Shown here in pieces: positions 14,417-28,249 of a DNA stretch of 64,000 nucleotides (within the stretch, counting starts at the first letter, position 1; each line of letters opens with the position of its first letter). The notes beneath the pieces were generated by a model. The model ran no database searches. It was not told where the DNA came from and saw only the letters and a program-made list of their open reading frames with translations. The stretch is from Oikopleura dioica (taxonomy: Eukaryota; Animalia; Chordata), in contig OU015566.1 in the NCBI GenBank assembly GCA_907165135.1, forward strand, positions 1,488,001-1,552,000, read 5' to 3'. The translations under genes were made by a program, and so were the position numbers.

Positions 14417-17400
14417 ATGAAATTCTTATTTTTTCTTCTTTTTTATAAGAGACTTTACGCCGAAATTTTGCCCAAATCCCAAGAACAGATCATATTGCAA
14501 AATCTTATCCATCAAGATTATAACAAGCTTATAAGCCCAATTTTTCCGAGGTCTTGCTTAAATTTCGTTTAAATAATTACAATATTGGTAGGTACGGGGT
14601 GTTGACGAAGGATGGAAGTAAGGATCTTGATCGGATCCGAAGAGTATGTGAAAAAACGAGAACAATGTTACGACGGTATGGTTACTTTTTCACTTTTGAT
14701 GAAGGTCTGATGGCGAACATTGCATTCAATTGCCGTGCTGAAATTGGAGATCTTGATTTTATTGACGCTTGCATTGACTGGGTTGGAGCGATTTGGTATA
14801 AGGACTGGTTGAGAAAAGATTTTTTACAGATTCAACTGAGAGGTCAAGGTTCTTTATGAGAACTTTATTCTTAAAAATCAATAAGTAATCAATAAATCTC
14901 ATTATGATTGTCAACAATTTAAAGAATAGAGACGCCGCGTATTCTGGGCATTGCGATAAACAAGGCTCACCCCTTCAGGAAAAAGCTACTTTTCTTTTTA
15001 TTTACAGTGATAACCCATTTTAAGGCCCACCATTTTAAGGCCACTTTTTTGAAAAATTCCCAAAAATTGTCATCCTCGAAAAATCCATTATAAGGCCACT
15101 TTTGATCATCTTTTAAAATTCTAAAATTAGAGTTTAGCGACCATACCCTAACCCTGAACTTTCGCCGCTGAAATTGAGCGCAAAGAAGGGGTTTTTTAAT
15201 TGTCATCAGGACTAAATTGAGTCTGGAATGATCTGAGCCATATTTGGTCCTCGATTGATTCGAGAATCTAGCGTGACAACTGAACGTTCTTGTAAAATAT
15301 GGAGCCGGTCTTAACAGAATCTCAATTGAAATTTTTGTTCTTCTGTGGAGAGGCAGTTGGAACTTCCTCAACTTGAGAGAGCAAAATTCAGTCAATGATT
15401 TGTCTTTGACCGAAGAGGTTCTCACTAATCTGAGTTTAATTTGTACTCTTTCCAGAACACCAAAAGCCAATTGGCATTTGTTTCAAATTAAGTTGAAACT
15501 TTTGATAAAGTGATCAAAGCTGATCTCCCGATGAAAAATCTTTATATGTTTTTCTTAGTTCCTAATAATATTAGGCTAATTTCTATTTCTGCACGAAATT
15601 AGCAGGCAAGAGACGACAATTTTCGGCAAATGTCTGTTTTCTGCGCAAAAAAAAAAGAAAAAATAATCATTGTCATCCGGCTCAACATGAAAAATGTCCA
15701 TTTTAAGGCCACTTTTTAAATTTGCTGTCATCCAAAAATCGGCCTTAAAATGGGTTTTCACTGTAACAAAGTCGCATTATTTTTCTTGAAAATAACGAAA
15801 AAACAAAAAATCAAAATATAAACGCAAAACAAAATTGAAAGCTAAAATAAAAGTAGCTTATTTGAAGAAAATTATTTTCGAAAAGCAAAATTTATCCACC
15901 CCTCTTTTAGACGATACCGATATTTTCAATGTCGAGCATATTGTTGATATTCAGACAATTTATTCAGCAGAACCGAATCTGATGTCGATTCTTGGCGATC
16001 TTTATCCATTTGACTATGGTGAATTTAATGCCACAAAGAATTGCTCAAAAATTTTTGCATTTTCAGAATATTTAAAATGTATTCTGTACTTATTGGTGAG
16101 CAAAAATGATAGATTTTGGGTTTTACTGGCTTTATTAAACCAAACATGTACCCATTATTAAGTGAATTTAATCTTGTCCAGTTTCAATCGATTTTTATGG
16201 ACTTATATCTTTCAGCTTCTGTTCAAGTCGCAACGCCTCCTTTGCAGATTAATGTGATGCTTGAATTGGTGAGTTTAAATGACCTCATTTTATCTGAAAG
16301 CGCGATGGATGTGACGATTGTTCTTCATGCAAACTGGATGGGCAAACATTTGACAGCAAATAAGAGAATAAAATTTGATAAGACTCACGTCTGCAATGGG
16401 ATTTCAAGAAACAAAATTTTTCCACCCAGATATCTATTGATCCTTCTCTTATCTGGACACCGCCAATTGAAATCGTCAACTTGGACTTATGGAGAAATAA
16501 TGGCCAGAAAACAGATTTCAGTTGTACAGTTGATCATATGTAACGTTATATTTCAGATTTTTTAAAAATATTCTTCAATAGCGGACGAGTCACGCAAGCG
16601 TATAAATGCGGGTTGTAACTGCTTGCGAGATGTCTTCAAAATTTTACCCATTTGATGTTCAAAACTGCTCCGTTGACTTGGCAACCCCTTCACAAACTCA
16701 AGATAGAATTGTCCTCGATGTAAGAGAATGGAAGACCGAAAATGGTCATCGTTACGATCAATCATATAAATTTCCGTTTTCAATCGGTTTTAATGTAAGT
16801 TTAATCACAGACTATTGACTACGGACGAAATTCTAGGAGACGAAAGTCAAAATTCTAGAAAATACATTCTACGATGGGAACCCAGAATGGGAGCTTCTTA
16901 ACTACAAAGTTGATGCAGTGTCTCTTCGCCGAAATCGATATGAGAATTATACAAGTGTAAAAGTGACCTTTGTATTTGCTCGTAGAACCTCCTTCTACGA
17001 ACTGACACTTTTTTTGCCAATAGTTTGCATAAACTTGCTTGTTTGTGTTGGACTCTGGATTCCAGCCTGGGTTCCAGATAAGAATCCTAATTATTAACTT
17101 TGACTTAACCTGTTGCCGAGCAGTAGGCTAAATAATGCCTTCTTTGCCAAAAGGAGAGCCTCGGGGCGTCTCAAAGCAGCGACACTGCTAGGCGCTCGGC
17201 AACGGGTTAAAAATATTACAAAATGCTTTCTGAACTCATTATGTAGTTTCCAGCGGAGAGAGCATAGGATTTCAAGTAACAATGTTGCTTACAATGATTG
17301 TCTATCTCGATGTCTTATCAAGCTCAGTTCCAATTTTCGAGGAACTTGGTAAAGCTCCAAGGCTGTTATTTCTGTTCCTGCTCACTGTGATTGGCAGTGT

Positions 17401-17875
17401 TTTCGCTCACATAATGATAAGTCATTCTCGATCAGCTTTTTCATAATTTTAACTGTCAATTTAGCTGTGAGTTTATGGTGCCAGGAGAAAAAAGAAGACA
17501 GAATTTTTGAATTTTCGAAAACTCAAGCTAAATTCGCTCTATGCTGCGCCCGTTTTAACGAAAAATTTATCCAGGGCGAGTACAATATTCCTCATGTAAT
17601 CTTACAGAAATGCAATGAGGATGAAAAAAATGACAATGAGGATGACAATCTTCATCGCATTCGAGGTTTTTCAGAACTTGAACTTTTCGATTCTTAATTT
17701 TGTAGAAAATCAAAATGCGGATGAATACCATGATGCTTGGATTTTCTATGCAAAAATGCTTTCTCACTTTTGGGCCTTGATTTTGACTGTAACGATTATA
17801 ACTGTGACATTTGGTATCATCATTGATCTTCATGTTCAAAGTTCAAATGCGTTGGATGAAATTTATCTCAGCTAA
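14417..17875 (+). CDS. Divergent Cys-loop ligand-gated ion channel subunit (5-HT3/non-alpha nAChR-like, probably cation-selective)
   Basis: Signal peptide plus QDYNKLISP; Cys-loop CEMSSKFYPFDVQNC (C-x13-C); pre-M1 FARRTSFY; M2 GESIGFQVTMLLTMIVYL; M4 before stop at 17875. No vicinal Cys in loop C. Confidence 0.88.
15005..15763. mobile_element. Tc1/mariner-type non-autonomous element (759 bp), intronic
   Basis: TIR cagtga(t/a)aacccattttaaggcc; TA on both flanks; subterminal ttttaaggcc repeats; no transposase ORF. Confidence 0.85.
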
Positions 17876-18076
17876 ACTTAATAAATCTATAACTCGACGT
17901 AGTAAAAGCGTTTTAATTAAAAGTTTTTCGCGTTATCTTAGAGCAACGCGCTGAAAAATTAAATTTCAGAGGAAGTCGTCTGTTTCCGTTCTATTTGGGA
18001 TAAAAGTTTAACAGTTGATTTCTTCATCGGATTTTCGCGCATTTTGATCTTCTTTCACCAAATCATCGTAAGCTTT

Positions 18077-18492
18077 TTATGGACTTTTTATGGAGAAGTT
18101 TTTGCTTTCTTTTTCAGTGTCTTTGGCTCTTGAATGTCCGATCCTGGAGGAGCATCTGGAATAACAACGGATACCGCGGTTTCTCGAGAAACTATGAAAA
18201 TTATGTTCATACTTCAATGCACATTTTTTACCATTTGTCTGATGATTTTGAACAGGCGCTACTGCATTTACCGCTTGACTCATCTGAATCGCTCTCTTCG
18301 CTTTATTGCGATAGTACTGCCGGATCGCATAGATAATGCCGATGAAGACAATAACGAAAATCGTCCCAATCAACCCTAGAAATGATTCAAGCGACGAGAT
18401 TTCTCGTCAACTTACATGGAGCTAAATCTTCAAAATCGTCCAAATCTCCCATTTTCTCTCCGAAAAATGGGAGAGGTCGGCAAATATCGCAT
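18077..18492 (-). CDS. Small single-pass membrane protein, hypothetical
   Basis: GT-AG intron joins ENGDLDDFEDLAP to WLIGTIFVIVFIGIIYAIRQYYRNKAKR (TM followed by a basic stop-transfer stretch). Confidence 0.5.
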
Positions 18493-18682
18493 CTCAATGC
18501 GTTTTTTATATCCTTTTGTAAGATCTTGATTTCTAAAGAAATAAAAAGCGAAGAGTTCATAACCTCACATGCAAGAAAAGAGCAAGAATTAGTCAGAAAA
18601 GACTCATTTTATTTCATTTTTGAGATAATAAAGAGGGAAAATGTACAAAAAGTGTCGAAAAAGGGGGCAAAAGTCCATTTGA

Positions 18683-20138
18683 TTACTCAAAATCCATGGA
18701 GCAGGGGAAACGCTCGTCGACGATTTCTCCATCTTCGCAGCATCGCTGTCCCTTTCGGAAAAAGTGAACATGCGGGGCGCGGCCGCAGCAGCCGATTATC
18801 GGGCCATAAGCTGATAGACCGCGGGGTTTGTAGAGAGTCATGTCTGGTCGACCACCGGCTTCTTAATTTCCGAGGTCAAAAACGACAGCAAGGAAGGAAA
18901 CACTCACCTTGAGAAATCGCTTCGAGCTTCAATTTCGAAGGCTGTGAAGCTTGATCAGCGGGTTCTACCAGCGCTTGCGGGTTGATTTGCTCGACGACGG
19001 TGTATGTCAATGTCTGCTGCTCCTCGGGATCCTGAAAGAAAGCTCTAAAAAGGTGAAAAAGGGGTGAAAAGTGTACGTCGCGAATGAATTGGTTGACGTT
19101 GTATGAGCAGACTTCTTGAGGATTGAACTTTGGATTTCCCCAGTGATGATGATTTTGGATGCTCCACTCGGACTCGTATTTTTGTAGCTTCAGTGCGAGA
19201 TCTTAGGCAATTATAATTTTTGTTGATGGAAGGGAAAAGAAACCTTTGTCGCATTCGCACCGAGATCGCTCGCAAGTTCCTTGAGGATCTTTGCAGAAAA
19301 TCGTGATTTCTCCGGTTTCGACGTTTTGGCTCCCTCCGATGTTGTATCTTGAAAGGATTTGAAGAGGAATTCTTAGATTTTAACTTTTTTACCTGACAGG
19401 ATTGGTCTCATCACATCGTTGTCCAATCAGCTGTTGATTGAAAATGCAGTTGTAGCAAGTCGTAAACTCGCGGCAGGATTTGTCAATGTTGTCAACAGGA
19501 ACTCCGTACCCGGACCATTGCTCACCAGCTGCTCGAGGGAAGCACCAGCATCCGTAGAAGCAGAATTTACCCATGAATTTGTTCTTTTGGAGGTACAGCG
19601 TCAAGTATTTGAGCTAAAAAATGACAATGAGAAACGTCGGGAAAATCAGAAATGTCAGTAATGTCAGAAAGAAACTGTTTTTGAGGCTATTTTTAGATCA
19701 ATATTTCCGTCAAATTTGTCGATATTCTTGATATTTCTGATAATGTCGACAGTGCTGACAATGGTGACAAAAAATAATGTCTAAAAATTTACATACCTGT
19801 AAGTATTTCATCACATGATATTGATCCATCGGACTCAGCCCCGACATTCGCCCTCCAACTCGCTGGATTTCGTTGTTCTCGATCAAGATGTTTTGTTCAG
19901 CTAGCTCGTCAAAAACGATCGCTTTGTCGGGAAAGTCACTTCGGTAGATGTTGATTGCATCGTCGATGTAGTCCTCAAAGTTGAGCCCGTCGAGATCCAT
20001 GTGTTCCTTGAGCATAGCCGCGGATTCTCGAGCAATGTCTTTGAGAAAAATGCTCTTTTTCAAAGGATCAACTCCAAGATTCAAGTTGTCATCTCCTAAA
20101 ACAGCGCCAAAGCTGCTGAAAGCGGCGAAAATTCTCAT
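18683..20138 (-). CDS. Secreted phospholipase A2-like fold protein with C-terminal CC-motif domain
   Basis: Signal MRIFAAFSSFGAVLG; YGCWC...GYGVPVDNIDKSCREFTTCYNC; CERSRCECD; tail IGCCG...QRCCEDGEIV. Confidence 0.8.
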
Positions 20139-20389
20139 TTTTTTCTCAAAAAATCGAAAATTCGAAAAACTCGAAAAAAAAAATCGAAAAATAATTCGAA
20201 GAAAAATTCGAAAAAAAAGTGACAGGAAAAATGGACCTAATCGGGATCCTTTTATAGGCGCTTGGCTCAGAACAAAATTGCGGTTTCTCGGCAAACGGTC
20301 TAAAGAGTTTTTTATGGTTGGTACGCGATTGTGGTCAGCTGCCGACGCTTCCAACGTGTTGAGAAGTACGGTAATTCTTTGAATGCGAT

Positions 20390-22686
20390 TTCTTGGCCAG
20401 GGAACTTCCTTTGTGGAGAGTTTCAGAGTCTCTAAACTTTATTTTCTAAACGACCTTTTCCTGAATGCAAATTCGTAAATTACCTTTTTTGGTCCCGAAT
20501 TGATTATTGAGAATTTTAATCAGCAAGAAAAAGAGCTTATCAAAAAGCCGTTTATTGATTTTGCCGACAATTAGAAACTCACACTTTCATTTTCTTCTTT
20601 TCAGCGCTGGGAGAAAAATGGGCGAGGAAAAATACTGCGATTTTAATTTTTGGGGAAGAAATGCAATTCGTAAGTGAAGAAATTTGACTCGAAAAAGCAT
20701 ATTTTTCAGCTTGTAAAAATATACCGATTCTGATTCTAGCGCTCAGCATCGTTTTTATAGGAATGGCTTCTTTTTGACTTAAGGGTGTCAACAACGATTT
20801 TCAGGAAAGTTTTGATAACCAAATTCGACACCAAATTTTTCAACGGGAATTTTTTCTCAACTGAAAAGCCAAAATGAGCTTCGATTTCTTCCCTGTCTTT
20901 TATTATTTTCTACCTTTATGCGCATTCATTCAAAAACCACCTCTTCTCAAAATGGCTTCTCAAAAATTTCCCCTGTCTGAAGGAAGAAAATTGTCATAAA
21001 GAAGATATAAAACGAACAAAAACGTAGGACAAGTCATTCTTCTCAATTTCTCCTTTCGATTCTAGCGTAAAAACGCGATCTGCGATGATTTCAAGGACAC
21101 CATCAGCTCGGCGAAAGAATTCATCGAGACCGCCGAAGAGTCCAACTTTGAGCCAACGATTTATCCGAACTGAGAATCTTTTGCATCCTGATTTTTGTAA
21201 TAAATGATGAATTTTATTATAAGAAAGAGTGTTCAGAGAAAAACAGGATCAGATATCGAGCCTCGGTTGCTCAAACTGGCTTCTAATGCCCTAGTTGAAA
21301 GTTCAAAATGAATTCTTTGAAAGACAATTTTTCTTGAAAAAATTATTTTTGAACTTTTCCTGAACCGTTCCGCGTTTAGATCGTCTGACATCCTCGAGGT
21401 GCTTCGAGCGCTCCCGTGCCTCGGGTCGTTGTTTACTGAAAATGATGCTTGAGAAATTGAAATTCGGATGATTACCTTTTACGTTGTTTGGAGAGCGATT
21501 TGATGATTTCCTGAACTTTGCCAGCTAGAACGAAATCACTCTTTGCTTCATCTTCTTGCTCTCCCTAAAAATATTTATCAAAAAGAAGTCTCAAGAAATA
21601 AATTTTGAGATATTACTTGATCTTGCTCGTCCCGTTTTGTTCTTCTGATTGTCTTCTTACGCTTCAATTTCGCTAGAAATACTGCTTCAAAAGATCTTAC
21701 TTAAAGAACTAACGCTTTGTTTCTTCTTCCTTATTCTTGTCGACAGGAGGCTCACTTGTTTCAGATGCAGGGTCCTCTTCATCATTTTTAGTCTCAGTTT
21801 CAGTTTGATCGGGCTGTTTTTCTTGAGCTTCTTCTGGCGAAGATTTTTGGAGCTTTTTTGATTTAGACTTGGATTTTCTTTTTGCGCTGCTTGGTCTTGA
21901 TTTTTTAGTTCGCGATTTTGATTTTCGAGATTTGCTTTTTTTCTTAGAAATATTTTCATTCCCATCCAATACAGTTCTTTCTTCCGCGATGGTTTCTTTT
22001 TCAGCGTCTGGCTCAATCGGACTTGCTTCAATATCTTGGTCTTCAGAAGATTTTTCGACAGTTTCGACAATTTCTTCCACAATTTTTTCTACTTCAGAAG
22101 TCAAAGTAACTTCTTCAGGCTTCTGCTCGGTTTCTTGCTCTGGTTTTTCTTCAACATCATCATTTTGAGGCTCTTCTTCTTTGATAACAGGAGTTGTGGA
22201 TCTCTCTGAAGGTTTTAATTCTTCATCTGGTTTGGCGGTTTCTTCTTTGATTTCTGGAGCAGTTTGGGTGTCTTCAGATGAAGTTTTCTTTGTCGATTTC
22301 TTTTTTCGGCGGCTCTTTGACTTTTTCTTTTCAGGTTTTCGTTCATCAAGTGCGTCTTATTGAGAAATGAAGGGATAAAACTGATTTCAGGAAACTAACC
22401 ATTTGACTGAACGTCATTTTGAGCCGGCTGTTCATCATATTTTTGCCATTTTTCAGAGCAAAGGGAATCGGGAGCATCCACTTGAGTTTTTGGAATATCC
22501 GTCTCGGAAGCTGGTTTATCATCAATCAATCTTGAAATGTGCTTTATTCTGACTCTCTTATGTTCTTACTCTTTGGTTGATTTTCTCACACGCCTTTTAC
22601 TCTTTCGTTCATCGGCTTTGATGGAAGATCTTTTAACCCTTCCACGGGAGGCTCCCCTCGATTTGCTTTTTACTCTCTCCGTCATA
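20390..22686 (-). CDS. Multi-exon Lys/Glu/Ser-rich protein with a possibly folded C-terminal region, hypothetical
   Basis: Starts MTERVKSKSRGASRG; canonical introns join long charged ORFs (21709-22104) to RWLKVGLFGGLDEFFRRADGVLEIIADRVF near 21100. 3' end uncertain. Confidence 0.5.
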
Positions 22687-23139
22687 TTTGATTATCGTAA
22701 TGAAGAGCTTGTCTTTGGAGTGGAGCGTTTCCGGTTAGGATAACGAATCAGATTCAGAGCATATTTTCTATGTATATGGTCTTCATGTAAGCAGTCTATT
22801 TCTAATCAGAAGAGCATTCCAGATACTCCGATTAAATTTCATGGTTGTTTACTTTAAATTCTGGTTAGGGTTAGATGGCTTAAGTATTTATAATAGAGAC
22901 TAACAAGCAATAAGCAGATCGTTTCCTAGACTAGGAAGCTGGAGATCTCCGTCATCCATTCATCAAAACCAGTAGATCGTGTCCATCTTTCACTTTTCAC
23001 GACAAGCGAAATATAAAGAATTGACAATCTCTTTTTTGCTTAAAAGAAATCAAAATGATCATGAATTTCATATTCGTAATATAAATTATTTTTATGACTT
23101 GCTCTGAATATTTGACTCAAGAGAAAAATTATTCCATCA

Positions 23140-23776
23140 ATGATGACATCTTCAATTTCTTCATTAAATGATGATTCAAATATTTCGTTCAGTACACTTG
23201 GAAATTATCGGGATCTTGATACTCCAAGCCCTGTTGGATTGACAGAGCAACCAAAAATACACCGAAGAACGAGATGTTATTCAGGAAAATTAAGACTCTT
23301 TCTTTTAATTTTTGGTGCAAGAAACTGATTTTAAATACTCAGTCCTCAAAATATTCTTAAAATTATCATTCGATTCGAAATCATCAAGAAGTCTTCTTAT
23401 TGGTACCTTTGGCTTGGTTATTTACATTGTATTAGATCTTGCAGCAATAAAAGATGAACTTGAAGTGTTAACGACAGCAAGTTCTATTATATCTACTGAG
23501 TCGACAGCTCCTGCTTTGGCAACCGATTATTTCTCAGCCCTTTTGCAAACTGAATCAGCAATTGGAGGTCGTTTTGATTTTTGGGTAACGCGCCCTTCAG
23601 ACGCTCAACAGACGCTCCTAACGACAACAGCTTCAAATGAACCGACAATTTTACCCAAAACTACGACTGCGCCAAATATTCCAGCAACCAAAAATGCCAC
23701 TTCACATTTAAGTGTCCTCAGTGTGACCGCAGTTATGGATAAAAGACTCTCTTATACAAATATGATAATGAAATGA
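23140..23776 (+). CDS. Type II membrane protein with Thr-rich stalk, no lectin domain seen (possibly truncated)
   Basis: LLIGTFGLVIYIVLD TM followed by a T/S-rich segment; layout resembles the gene at 41693. Confidence 0.45.
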
Positions 23777-23811
23777 CAAAGAATATCCATCAAAAGTGAC
23801 ATTATTTCTTG

Positions 23812-24454
23812 GATGATTTCAAAAAACTTTTTGTGGGGCCGGAAATCGTAAAAAAACTGCAAGTGCAGTTTTCTTCAGCTCGTCAAGACGAGTCGTATGA
23901 TGGGTCTAACTCCTGATAACTCTAAGGATTTATCGGTTTACCGGCTGGTTACCGGAAAATACGTTGTCACCGGCCGTTTTTGTTCTAGAAGTGATAGACT
24001 AATGTTTGACACCGGAAATTGTTCCTTATAGTCAGTTCTCCTGCAGCCTAAAAGATGAAGGTTGTATCAATTCTCTGAAGAGAGTTGTCACTAAAATACT
24101 ATTTTTGGCGAAAATGGGACTAGAAATTAGGAACGTGCAGCAACAACAAAATTTTAGTAAAAATTACTGTTTTAGTGATAACTCTCTTCAGAGAATTGAT
24201 ACAACCTTCATCTTTTAGGCTGCAGGAGAACTGACTATAAGGAACAATTTCCGGTGTCAAACATTAGTCTATCACTTCTAGAACAAAAACGGCCGGTGAC
24301 AACGTATTTTCCGGTAACCAGCCGGTAAACCGATAAATCCTTAGAGTTATCAGGAGTTAGACCCATCATTCGACTCGTCTTGACGAGCTGAAGAAAACTG
24401 CACTTGCAGTTTTTTTACGATTTCCGGCCCCACAAAAAGTTTTTTGAAATCATC
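23812..24454. mobile_element. Foldback element: 285 bp near-perfect inverted arms with 73 bp spacer
   Basis: Arms 23812-24096 and 24170-24454 differ at about 2 positions by eye; TTG directly flanks both ends (candidate 3 bp TSD). Confidence 0.9.
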
Positions 24455-24773
24455 TTGGTGCTTCAGCAATTCTTTGCCTCTATTTATGTTTAGACAAAAA
24501 GAAACATCAAAGAGGCAGCTAATTCATCTCAACAATGACGATGAAGTAGAAAAGCGAATCGAAATTTGACGATTTGAAGTTAAACTGCCCACTCAATATA
24601 AAATAAATACATGATTGGTGTTTGTTTATTAGGTACAGATTTGATAATTTACAAGTATACTATAACTATACATTTTTCGTTGAGATATTGCATTTTCTTT
24701 ATCAGAAAAGTTTACGAATAGCGCCTGCACAATTTCCTGATTGGTCTTAATAAAATAATAAATGACGATTTTG

Positions 24774-27700
24774 TCAAAGGAGGGTATTACCTTTTCCAAA
24801 TGAGGAATAAACATTTACAGGAACCAAAATATTTCCCTCCTCAAACGGGCAGCAGGCAGATTTCAACGGATCGTACAAATACTGGCCGTTGACTTCTCCA
24901 GGGCAGCAAGCATGGATCAAAGTCGAGTAGGGTTTGGCCTGTGAAATGACTTTTCCGTTGACTACCTCGCAGGGCCCGCAGCATGCATTGTAGGGAATCG
25001 GGGGCGGATTGCCATTGCATTCTTTTGACTTGCAGCCGAGACATTCGGTCAGACAGACATCAGAAGTATCGCTAGAAATATGAGAAGGGAGAGGGTTTGT
25101 TTTCTTACCTGATCTGTCCTTTAACATCTCCAAAGATATCAAACAACTGCCTCCTCACATCATCAGCCGTCATTCTTCCATACGAGCTGAGTCCGATTTC
25201 GAAGTTAAGTTGAATGTCTTGTCCAGTTCGGCCGATGTTCGCGCCGATATTCGTCGTGATATTCCCCATCGGACGGCCGATTCTGGCGATTGAGCCAATA
25301 ATGGATCCCGAGGTCGAATCGTCGAGCTCGCGTCCAGTTTGACCTAGAACTTTTAAAGGAGGGAGACTTACCATTGGAAGTGGGTCGGGCCAGAGAAACT
25401 GGTCGTGGAACATGTTGACAGAGAAACTAAATGAAGCTGAGGAAAATGAGGAAAGAAGAAGAGGAGTACCGTTGCATAGCATTTGGATCCTTGCAGCTAG
25501 GAGCTTCAGATCCCCATCGAGAATCGTAGTAATCTGGATCGTACAGACACTTTTAAAAGGTTATTTTTTCGGGGAATCGACTCAAATCGATCAAAAAATT
25601 GGTCAAAAAAAACGAAATTTTGATCAAATTTTAGATCAACTAGATCGAAGCATTCGGCCGTTTGGCCAATCCGATTTCAAGAAAAATTTCTCGAAATTTT
25701 CGACTCGAAAAATTTAATTTTTCTTTCTTAAAATTTTTAACCAATTCCTGAACAGTTTTTCTGTCACTTCCATCCGCCATCTCATGTTTCGGCAAACATC
25801 CATATTCTGCGAAAAAGTTCCAGCTATCAAAATCTTCTTTCAAACTAACATATCCATTCCAAACTGCTCTTCCCCCTTCCTGCGGCTCAGGACATTCGGT
25901 TTCGAATTGTTTAGAGCAGTGCAATTTGCCATTACCGTCAGCTGGAATCACCCAGACGCCGGGAGAGTCGATATTCGAGCCGCTTAGGAGCTCCTCAGCT
26001 AAAAATTAGAGAGTTAGAAGATGGTTCAAAGGAAGTTTATAGTTTATTTTTGGGCGAAATAAACTAATCGTCGGAAGGAAAACTTGATCAAACAAGGGCG
26101 GAAACCACGTTAATCTTACAACATTTTTAAAACGTAACATCAAAACACCGCTCTAAAAGGGAAATGAACCCGTGTTGCCTTATCAGTCGCGCAGCGGGGT
26201 ATGATAATGTACTAAGGTTATAAAGGCATTTGCGGTGGAAATATTCTAGATGCGTCAAATTGATACAAAATGTTTTAAATAACGAGAAAATTCTTCAAAA
26301 CGTTATTTTTTACTGTTTTATTACTGACTTTTAATTGAAAAAAAAAACTGTAAAAACTGGAGTTGACCGATCAAATCAACAAAAAAATTGTGATAAAAAT
26401 TCGATATTTTGCGAAATTTTTTTTTTCCGAAATCTGATTGGTCTACCAATCGAACTGAGAAATCTGATTCGTCAAATTATTGGCAAAACTTTGACAAAAA
26501 TTGCCATAGTTTTTCGCTGATAAGGTTCAATTTTAAAATCTCAGATCAATAAAATAGCCAGTTAAAATCGTTGGAAATAAGGGTATCCTTTTGCTAGCTT
26601 GTAAAAACCTCCCCCCGAACAATGCTCGCACCTGTTATTTTTAGCCCATGTTCCCTTACGCAAGAAAAATTGTCAAGAAAAAAGGAAAATTATTTATTGA
26701 TGCGAAAAATAATCCTAGTTCATTCCACGCTTTTGGGTTGAGGCAAAACACGTTTTGGGTCGTTTGCGTATTTTCCCCAAAGCTGGGCACGCTCCGACGC
26801 AAAACAAATCGAGCTCGTTTAGAACACGTCAGATAACATCGGCTCTCTTCCATGAGCTCCGTTTTGCGACACGCACTGTTTCCGGAATCGGCTCTATTTG
26901 GATCTCCAAAGAGGAGGATTAAAGGAAGCAGATTGGTTTATCGATGTTTTTAGATGAGCAATATTATCGAAGACTTCTTCCTCTTAGAGAACCAAATCCG
27001 GGTGGGCAACCTGTCTAGAAAGCCTGAGTCAGGGTCTGAAAGATCTTTAATGGAAAGCCGCCACGCGGCTTTTTAAAGAACGAAGCCGCGAAGCGGCTTC
27101 GCCAAAATTTTTGACATGCCAAAATTTTTGACATGTTGCCGAGCCCAGAACAAAAAAATAAAGCTTCCCTTATTTTCAATCCTCTTGAAAAAGAAGCTTA
27201 CCATCAGCATTAACCAAAGACGAATAGCACTGTTCGCTCTCTTTTCTTCCAGCATAGATGCCGACGCTGACGTCTTCAGGAACCCAATCAAGTTGATGGT
27301 ATTTTATCCAAATCGCATCGCGCCCGTCTTTTCCAGTTACGTAAGCAACTTGGTGACAGTTTTCTTCGTCCGAGTTGAATGGATTCAAAACTCGGCAGAA
27401 ACCGACGATGATGATAGAAGATGACTCGAAGGTTGAGTAGTCGGGGGATGATCGAATGTTACTAAATAAATTATTTAAAATAATATTATATAATATAAAT
27501 TATATTATATAATGCTCACCTTAGGATTTCCTTCTGTTTCGTCCCCACACTCCACTGAACCTTCCCGAACGAAGCCTGCTCCTTCGTCCAAAACGGCGCT
27601 AGAATCAAGTTTCTCTCAACATGATCAGCATGATCTCCATCCGGCGTATCAATCGAAACCGTCCCGTCAAGTCCGATCCAAAGACTGTCAGTTTCGAGGC

Positions 27701-27876
27701 CGAAAAATTTTCCATCTGGGACTGGAATTTTCACGGCCAAGCGTTCTAGAGCTTCATCAGCTCGCTCGAACTTTCGCCTGTCTGTTAGACCATCTTCTGT
27801 TTTCAGAAGTCGACTTCCAGTTTCTGCGCTTGCCAAAGACGCGACTTTTTGAGGGATGAAAAAATCAACTTACCAT
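24774..27876 (-). CDS. Large secreted/extracellular protein with NIDO-like, sushi-like, SEA-like and CC-motif regions
   Basis: KFFGLETDSLWIGLDGTVSI...LILAPFW (NIDO-like); Cys-rich exons; C-terminal ACCG...ACCP...ACCP. Linkage of exons inferred. Confidence 0.55.
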
Positions 27877-28249
27877 AGTGACACCCTTATTTTTTATCTC
27901 TGTTTTTTCATCACCGCTCCTGATAAAAAGCTCCCTAACCTCATCGGTTAATGAAACCAAAAAAAAAATCTTTAGAATTTCAAAAAATCTATTCTTTATC
28001 AGAATAAATCTTCAGATCAAAAAATCGCGATATTTCATAACGCGAGCTCACTAGCGCCGGATCGATACGCGCGCCCTGCGCGTTTTCAAATACGCGTCTC
28101 ATAAATATGATTTTTAGAAAAATATTATTAGAAGCTGTTGGAGGTGCAAATATGCGTCTTTCATTTTTTGGAACATGGGTGCCGCGCCTAGGATGAGGGA
28201 AATTATGTATTTTAAAATTAAGACTATGGAAATTTATCTCTTTTTTCTT

